A stretch of 28,150 bases of DNA from Myxococcota bacterium (GTDB lineage: Bacteria; Myxococcota_A; Polyangia; Nannocystales; Nannocystaceae): NCBI GenBank assembly GCA_039028615.1, contig JBCCHT010000030.1, forward strand, positions 1 to 28,150, read 5' to 3'. Positions within the stretch are counted from its first letter, which is position 1, and each line of letters begins with the position of its first letter. The translations under genes were made by a program, and so were the position numbers. Positions 23,382-28,150 of the stretch are shown piece by piece. The notes beneath the pieces are model-generated. The model was not told where the DNA came from and made no database searches. It was given only the letters and a program-made list of their open reading frames with translations.

Positions 23382-24503
23382 TTACCAGCCGTCGTCCCCG
23401 TAGGAAGCCCCCGAAGACAACGACACCAACGAAACCCGATCCTCCAGTCGCACCAGGTTCTTCTCGTCGCGGATGGCGAGCTGCACGGAGCCCTCCTGCC
23501 AATCGATGTCGATCGTCCCGAAGTTGGACTGGGCGACCATGGGCCCGCGACGATGCTCGTTGACCTCGTTGGGATGCGCGCGCGGGCGATTGAGACTGCT
23601 GGAGGTCAGGTCGATGAGGGGGTAGCCGATGGGGCTCCCTTCGAGCACCGACAGCTCGGCGTGGTGACGATCGCCGCTGAGCACGAGCACCCCATTGGCT
23701 CCGGTTTCCGCGATGAGCGAGAGCAAGCGTCGTCGCTCGCGGGGGAACACGCCCCAGCGCTCGTAGTCGTGGCCGTCGGCGACGAACTGAACGCTCGAGA
23801 TCAGCAGCCGCAGCTCGGCCGGCTCCCGTAGCTGTTGCTCGAGCCAGGTCCACTGCGCCTCGCCGAGGATCGTGTCTTCGGGATCTTCGCTCCGCTGGTA
23901 GCGACCGCGCGCCGCGGTACGGGACAGCTCGCTGCGAAAGTAGCGGGTGTCGAGCAGCAGCACCTGCACCCGCTGCCCCTCGGGCCCGAACACGTCCGAG
24001 CGATAGACCCCTGGCCGCTGGCGTCGCGGCGAGTCGGCGGGCTCGGCAAAGAAGTCGAGCATCGCCTTTTGCGAGACGTCCCGCAGCGGGTACTCGCTGC
24101 CCGCATCGTCCCGACCGAAGTCGTGGTCGTCCCAGGTCGCGAGCACGGGCGTGGTGGACCGTATCCGCCGCAATCCCTCGCTGCGGGCCTGCTGCGCGTA
24201 GGCTTCGCGCAGCGACGCCTCGTCCTCGGCGTTGGCGTACACGTTGTCCCCGATCAGCAACAGCAGCTGCGGATCGTAGGCCTCCACCGCGTCCCAGATC
24301 GGCTGCGGCCGCTCTTGATCGAGGCACGAGCCGAACGCGACCCGGGTGAGCACCTGCTGAAGGTCGGGCATGGGCCCGGGCAGCGGCTCGATCGGCGGGC
24401 CCGCCAGCGCCCCGGCGCAGCCCCCCGATGCGAGCAAGGAAGAGCCACCGACGGTGAACCACCGTCGGCTCAGTCGCGGTCGTCGCGGGGCATGGGCGCT
24501 CAT
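23382..24503 (-). CDS. PhoD-like phosphatase (metallophosphoesterase) with a Tat-type signal and lipobox.
   Basis: ATG 24503 gives MSAHAPRRPRLSRRWFTVGGSSLLASGGC. SRRWF is a twin-arginine motif and LASGGC is lipobox-like. PhoD-like motifs are LLIGDNVYA, ATWDDHDFG and LVLSGDRHHAEL. Confidence 0.8.
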   Translation of the reverse strand: MSAHAPRRPRLSRRWFTVGGSSLLASGGCAGALAGPPIEPLPGPMPDLQQVLTRVAFGSCLDQERPQPIWDAVEAYDPQLLLLIGDNVYANAEDEASLREAYAQQARSEGLRRIRSTTPVLATWDDHDFGRDDAGSEYPLRDVSQKAMLDFFAEPADSPRRQRPGVYRSDVFGPEGQRVQVLLLDTRYFRSELSRTAARGRYQRSEDPEDTILGEAQWTWLEQQLREPAELRLLISSVQFVADGHDYERWGVFPRERRRLLSLIAETGANGVLVLSGDRHHAELSVLEGSPIGYPLIDLTSSSLNRPRAHPNEVNEHRRGPMVAQSNFGTIDIDWQEGSVQLAIRDEKNLVRLEDRVSLVSLSSGASYGDDGW

Positions 24504-24538
24504 GGCCGCGGACCATAGCGCACTCGGGCCTCGCGGCG

Positions 24539-25327
24539 TCAGCGGATCGGTCGGATCTCCAGCTCGGGCTGGTGCCCGTTGCGGACCCACGGCGTCCCCT
24601 CGCAGCCCTCGAAGTAGAAGCGGGCGCCGTCGATGCTCCCCTTGGCCTCGACTTCGACCTCGACCATGCCATCGACGATGCAGCCCGCCGCTTCGTCGAA
24701 GGCGAGGTCCCAGGTGGTGAAGGTGTTGACGTCGCCGACGCCGTCACCGGGCCAGATCCCCGCGACTTCCCCCCGACCGGGCAAGTTCACCCGCGAGCGC
24801 ATCTCCAGGTCGCCGATCATCCGGCCATCGCCCAGGTTCAGGTGCCCCCGCAGCTCGAAGAAGTTCATGCCGTCGGTCCCGGAACCAGAGCTGATGCGCA
24901 GGTCGTAGTCGACGGTCAGCGGCGTCAGGCTCACCCGGCCGTTGATCGTGCCGTTGTCCGTGATGCAGTTGGAGTAGACGAACCCGGTGGAGGGGTGGCC
25001 GGACGTGCAGCCCGGGTGGATTCCCGGCGGGATCTCCCCGGACGCCCAGATCGGGTTTTCGCTGCCGCGCACCGCCAACGCCGACAACCGGGCCATCAAC
25101 GAGTGCACCTCGAAGGCGCGAACCGGGTCCGAGACGCCTCGACGCGTCGCATTGGCGGACCGCGTCATGGCCCCGAGGATCTGCGCCGCTTCTTCTTGTT
25201 CTTCCGTGGGCGCCCGGGGTTCGCCGTAGTCGATGCTGGTGGTACAGGCCCCGAGCACGAGCAGGCACGGGGTTGCGAGAATGGTTCCGATGCTGAATGT
25301 ACGCGTTGTTCCTATCGTCGACCTCAC
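24539..25327 (-). CDS. Lipoprotein of unknown function.
   Basis: GTG 25327 gives (M)RSTIGTTRTFSIGTILATPCLLVLGAC with lipobox LGAC. It lies 36 nt upstream of phoD on the same strand. I checked the frame by hand translation from the track start at 25510. Confidence 0.5.
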   Translation of the reverse strand: MRSTIGTTRTFSIGTILATPCLLVLGACTTSIDYGEPRAPTEEQEEAAQILGAMTRSANATRRGVSDPVRAFEVHSLMARLSALAVRGSENPIWASGEIPPGIHPGCTSGHPSTGFVYSNCITDNGTINGRVSLTPLTVDYDLRISSGSGTDGMNFFELRGHLNLGDGRMIGDLEMRSRVNLPGRGEVAGIWPGDGVGDVNTFTTWDLAFDEAAGCIVDGMVEVEVEAKGSIDGARFYFEGCEGTPWVRNGHQPELEIRPIR

Positions 25328-25544
25328 GCCTTCAATGTAGTGGATGAAGGCCGTGTCACTAGGGTAGTTCCCCGTCGCGACCGTTGCGGGGTTCTGCGGG
25401 GGTGTAACCGAGGGTGATGACGACCGTCGCCCGCTAGAGCCGGGGAACGACCGCCCACGGGCCCTCGCGGGACGGCTCGTCCCATCGTTCAGCTCCTCCT
25501 GCGACCCCACGGTGTGCGACGGAGCACAACGCTCCGGCGCTCGG

Positions 25545-28150
25545 TCAGCGGTGCTCCTTCAGCCACTGGCGAGCCTTCTCGAGGTCGTCTTCGTAGGCCT
25601 CGCTCGCCGACTCGTAGCGCCGCACCGATTCCTCGGCCATCTCGATCGCTCGCGCTCGGTCGCGGTGCGGTCGCTCGATCGCCCACAGGAACTGCGCGAG
25701 CACGAAGGCCGTCTCGGCCTGGGCCCCCGCGGGGATGCCCTCGCCCTTTCGCTGCGCCCACGCGCGCTCGATCAGCGGCAGCCCCTCCGACGCACGCCCC
25801 AATCGGAGCAAGACCAGCGCCAGGTCGACGCGCAGCTGGATGGTCCGTCGATGGTCGGGCCCGCTCGCGGCCTCTCGCCGCGCCAGCAGCTCCCGGAACT
25901 CGACCTCCGCCTCGACGTTGCGCCCGCGATCCAAGAAGCTGTGGGCGAGGTTCCTCCGGGCATCCAAGGTCGCGGAGTGATCGGGGCCGAGCGCCTTGCT
26001 CCACAGCTCGATCGCCGCCCGATACTCCCGATCCGACTCCTCGTACCGGCCTTGGCCCGCGAGCGCGTTGGCGATGTTGTGAAGCGAGGTCGCCACCTCG
26101 GGGTGCTCGGGGCCGAGGGCCTCCCGCCGAATCGCCAGCACCGCTCGATGCTCGGCCTCCGCCTCCTCGTGCCGCCCCAGGGCATTGAGGCTGGACGCCC
26201 GGTTGTTGCGCGCGGTGATCGTCAGCGGGTGCCCGGGCTCGAGCGCCTTGCTCAGCAGCTCGACCGCGGCTCGGAACTCGACCTCGGCCTCCTCGTAGCG
26301 AAGCTGGGTCGCCAGGGCAGCCCCGATGTTGATGTGGGTGTAGCCGACCTTGGGGTGCTCGGGGCCCAGCTGCCGGATGATCAGCGTCTGGGTCGCGCGG
26401 AGCTGCTCCTCCGCCGCGTCGTGCCGCCCTTGGCTCTGGAGCACGAGCGCGAGGTTGTTCCGCAGCCCGGCGATCTTCGCGTGGTCGGGACCCAAGGCTC
26501 GCGACTGCACTTCGATCGCCGCTCGGTACTCCCGCTCCGCGTCCTCGAACTTGTCTTGCTGATCGAGGGCCACCCCGAGGTGGTTGCGCGCGGACGCGAC
26601 GATGGGGTGCTCCGGGCCGAGGACGCGCTCGCTCAGGGCGACCGCCTGCCGATGCTCGGCCTCCGCCCCCACGTAGTCACCCTGGTCCGTCAGCACGCGG
26701 CCGATGTTGCTGTGCGCCGCCGCGACCGCAAAGTCGTCGGGACCGAAGTGCTCCGTGAGCAGCACGAGCGCGGCCCGGTGCTCGACCTCCGACTGCTCGT
26801 ACTTGCCTTGCGCCGACAGGATTCGTCCGAAGATCCCGTGGGCCCGCGCCTCGTTCCGCGGGTCGTCGCGCGAGAGCCCCTTCACCAGCGGCCAGTAGCG
26901 CAGCGCTTCGTCCATGCGCTGCAGCTCGATCCCCACCACGTCCATCAGCAGCCGGGCCGCGGCCACCGTGTCGTCTCTCTGGTTCCATTGCATGGCCAGC
27001 TCGAGCGCGCGGACCAGGGCCGCCTCGGCCTCGTCGTAGCGGCCGAGCTTCTCGAGCACGCTGCCCTCGCGGAGCACGAGCTCGGTCTGGACCGGGCCGT
27101 ACTCCACGCCCTCCCGCGCGGCCCGAGCCTCCTCCACGGCCTCGAGCGCGGGCTGGTAGCGACCCGCCAGCTCCTCGCTCCCCGCGTGGGCCAGCGCGCG
27201 CCGGATCGCCTCCACCGCGTCCGCCTCCTCGGGCCGCGGCGGCTCGACATCGGCGGTCAGCGCTTCGAGATCGGCGCACCGCGACAGCTCGGGAAGCCCC
27301 GAGGTCAGCTCGTGGGCATGCTGGGCGACCTCTTCGTCGGCGCTCGCCAGGGTATCGACCGTCGCCCGTAGATCGACCGCAGCCCGACGCAAACAACCCA
27401 TTCGCAGGTCGAGCACCCGCGAGGACTGCTCGCCGCGGACCGTCGTGGCCTCGCAGGCCTCGGTGTGCATCGCCGTCCACCCGTCCGCGTACAGATCGAG
27501 CTCGCGGACCGTACGCGTCGACACGCCGTCGACGAAGCCCTTGCCGATGGACGACAGCGATCCCTCGACCTCCCCGCGTCGCGCGTCGTCCCAGACCCCG
27601 GCCAGCTGCTCGCGTGCCCCCGTGCAGCGCTCGGGGGCGGCGTCTCCCCAGGTCTTCAGCGTCAGTCCGCCGAGGCCGAAGACGAGCACCCCGGCCCCGC
27701 CCAGCAGCCAGCGGTTGCGACGCTGCGTGGGGTCTCGGCTCAAGACCTCGAGCAACGGGCGCATCGACGGCCAGCGCTCGTCCGGCTCCACCGCCAACCC
27801 GCGGCGCAGCGCATCGACGATGGTCCGAGGCACGGCGGGCGCGTCGTCGGGCCAGGGCGGTGGCCCGGCGAGCTTGGCCGCGAACTGCTGCTCGAAGTCG
27901 GATTGCGGGAAGGGGCGCGTACCCGTCAGCCCCTCCCAGACCGCCACACAAAAGCCGTATTGATCGCTACGAGCATCGACCGCGGCCACCTGGAACTGCT
28001 CGGGGGCCATATAGGCCGGCGTCCCCATCACCGAGCCCGTCTGCGTCAGCTGGGACGACAGCGTGGAATTCGAGCCCGTCGGAGCATGGAGCGACGAAGA
28101 CTCGGACTCTCCATCGGTGGTGGCCCGAGCCAGCCCGAAGTCGAGCACCT
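25545..28150 (-). CDS. Ser/Thr protein kinase with one TM helix and a C-terminal TPR (kinesin-light-chain-like) array. The N-terminal kinase part runs off the window end.
   Basis: The ORF enters the window at kinase subdomain VII (K)VLDFGLA, then GTPAYMAPEQ (subdomain VIII). The TM helix is WLLGGAGVLVFGLGGLTLKTW. About nine 42-aa TPR units follow with the recurring motif LGPEHP/LGPDHP...NLA..L..QGRYEEAE. Stop is TGA at 25545-25547. Confidence 0.85.
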   Translation of the reverse strand, partial: VLDFGLARATTDGESESSSLHAPTGSNSTLSSQLTQTGSVMGTPAYMAPEQFQVAAVDARSDQYGFCVAVWEGLTGTRPFPQSDFEQQFAAKLAGPPPWPDDAPAVPRTIVDALRRGLAVEPDERWPSMRPLLEVLSRDPTQRRNRWLLGGAGVLVFGLGGLTLKTWGDAAPERCTGAREQLAGVWDDARRGEVEGSLSSIGKGFVDGVSTRTVRELDLYADGWTAMHTEACEATTVRGEQSSRVLDLRMGCLRRAAVDLRATVDTLASADEEVAQHAHELTSGLPELSRCADLEALTADVEPPRPEEADAVEAIRRALAHAGSEELAGRYQPALEAVEEARAAREGVEYGPVQTELVLREGSVLEKLGRYDEAEAALVRALELAMQWNQRDDTVAAARLLMDVVGIELQRMDEALRYWPLVKGLSRDDPRNEARAHGIFGRILSAQGKYEQSEVEHRAALVLLTEHFGPDDFAVAAAHSNIGRVLTDQGDYVGAEAEHRQAVALSERVLGPEHPIVASARNHLGVALDQQDKFEDAEREYRAAIEVQSRALGPDHAKIAGLRNNLALVLQSQGRHDAAEEQLRATQTLIIRQLGPEHPKVGYTHINIGAALATQLRYEEAEVEFRAAVELLSKALEPGHPLTITARNNRASSLNALGRHEEAEAEHRAVLAIRREALGPEHPEVATSLHNIANALAGQGRYEESDREYRAAIELWSKALGPDHSATLDARRNLAHSFLDRGRNVEAEVEFRELLARREAASGPDHRRTIQLRVDLALVLLRLGRASEGLPLIERAWAQRKGEGIPAGAQAETAFVLAQFLWAIERPHRDRARAIEMAEESVRRYESASEAYEDDLEKARQWLKEHR
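25860..27000. repeat. Tandem ~126-bp coding repeats (TPR units) inside the kinase gene.
   Basis: The motif GGGTGCTCGGGGCC(G/C)AG, the reverse complement of LGPEHP, recurs at roughly 120-126-bp intervals near 25990, 26110, 26232, 26355, 26475 and 26600. Boundaries are approximate. Confidence 0.6.

Noticed and set aside
22141-24747. Single 868-aa ORF
   Set aside because: It is really two genes. Only the C-terminal 392 aa (FG-GAP lipoprotein from ATG 23319) is coding in this frame. The upstream part is an off-frame read-through across the PhoD gene, which is in another frame.
25520-25536. Hairpin CGGAGC-N5-GCTCCG just after the kinase stop
   Set aside because: It is a 6-bp stem only and no T-run follows on the minus strand, so it is not a convincing intrinsic terminator.
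25512-27371. 619-aa plus-strand ORF
   Set aside because: It is antisense to the kinase TPR region. The TPR frame is unambiguous.
1-28150. tRNA, rRNA, CRISPR, IS elements
   Set aside because: Intergenic regions are all shorter than 220 bp and show no cloverleaf-like or repeat-spacer structure. No transposase or integrase-like ORF was seen.

Overview
This is a high-GC window of about 70% GC, with G/C-rich third codon positions and Arg/Gly-rich antisense shadow ORFs. It looks chromosomal and probably comes from a myxobacterium (Myxococcota). The evidence for that is Myxococcus-type cysteine-rich repeat lipoproteins, many lipobox proteins carrying acidic Ser/Thr/Asp/Glu linkers, and a Ser/Thr kinase with a long TPR array.

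I could support 27 protein-coding genes, two of them cut by the window edges, and no rRNA, tRNA or CRISPR.

- **Lipoprotein cluster (1..3833):** a divergent cluster of Cys-rich secreted lipoproteins, made up of one edge-truncated gene plus three tandem paralogues.
- **Toxin-antitoxin cassette (3907..4439):** a lower-GC ParE/RelE-type toxin with an antitoxin.
- **Envelope lipoproteins:** a TolB-like beta-propeller, a PDZ protein and a GHL10 protein.
- **Detox block:** a divergent isochorismatase/GlxA-AraC pair plus a short-chain dehydrogenase.
- **Standalone enzymes:** a 649-aa flavin amine oxidase and a pirin, separated by a clean intrinsic terminator.
- **Zn-ribbon membrane protein:** two transmembrane helices and a textbook terminator.
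- **Compact minus-strand operon:** O6-alkylguanine methyltransferase, a HEAT-repeat protein and two tandem MlaE/YrbE-type permeases, with no ATPase or MCE gene in cis.
- **Remaining genes:** an SGNH hydrolase, an operon of unknown lipoprotein, Tat-PhoD phosphatase and FG-GAP protein, and the TPR-bearing Ser/Thr kinase.

The most unusual items are the methyltransferase/HEAT/double-permease operon and the modular paralogous lipoprotein array.
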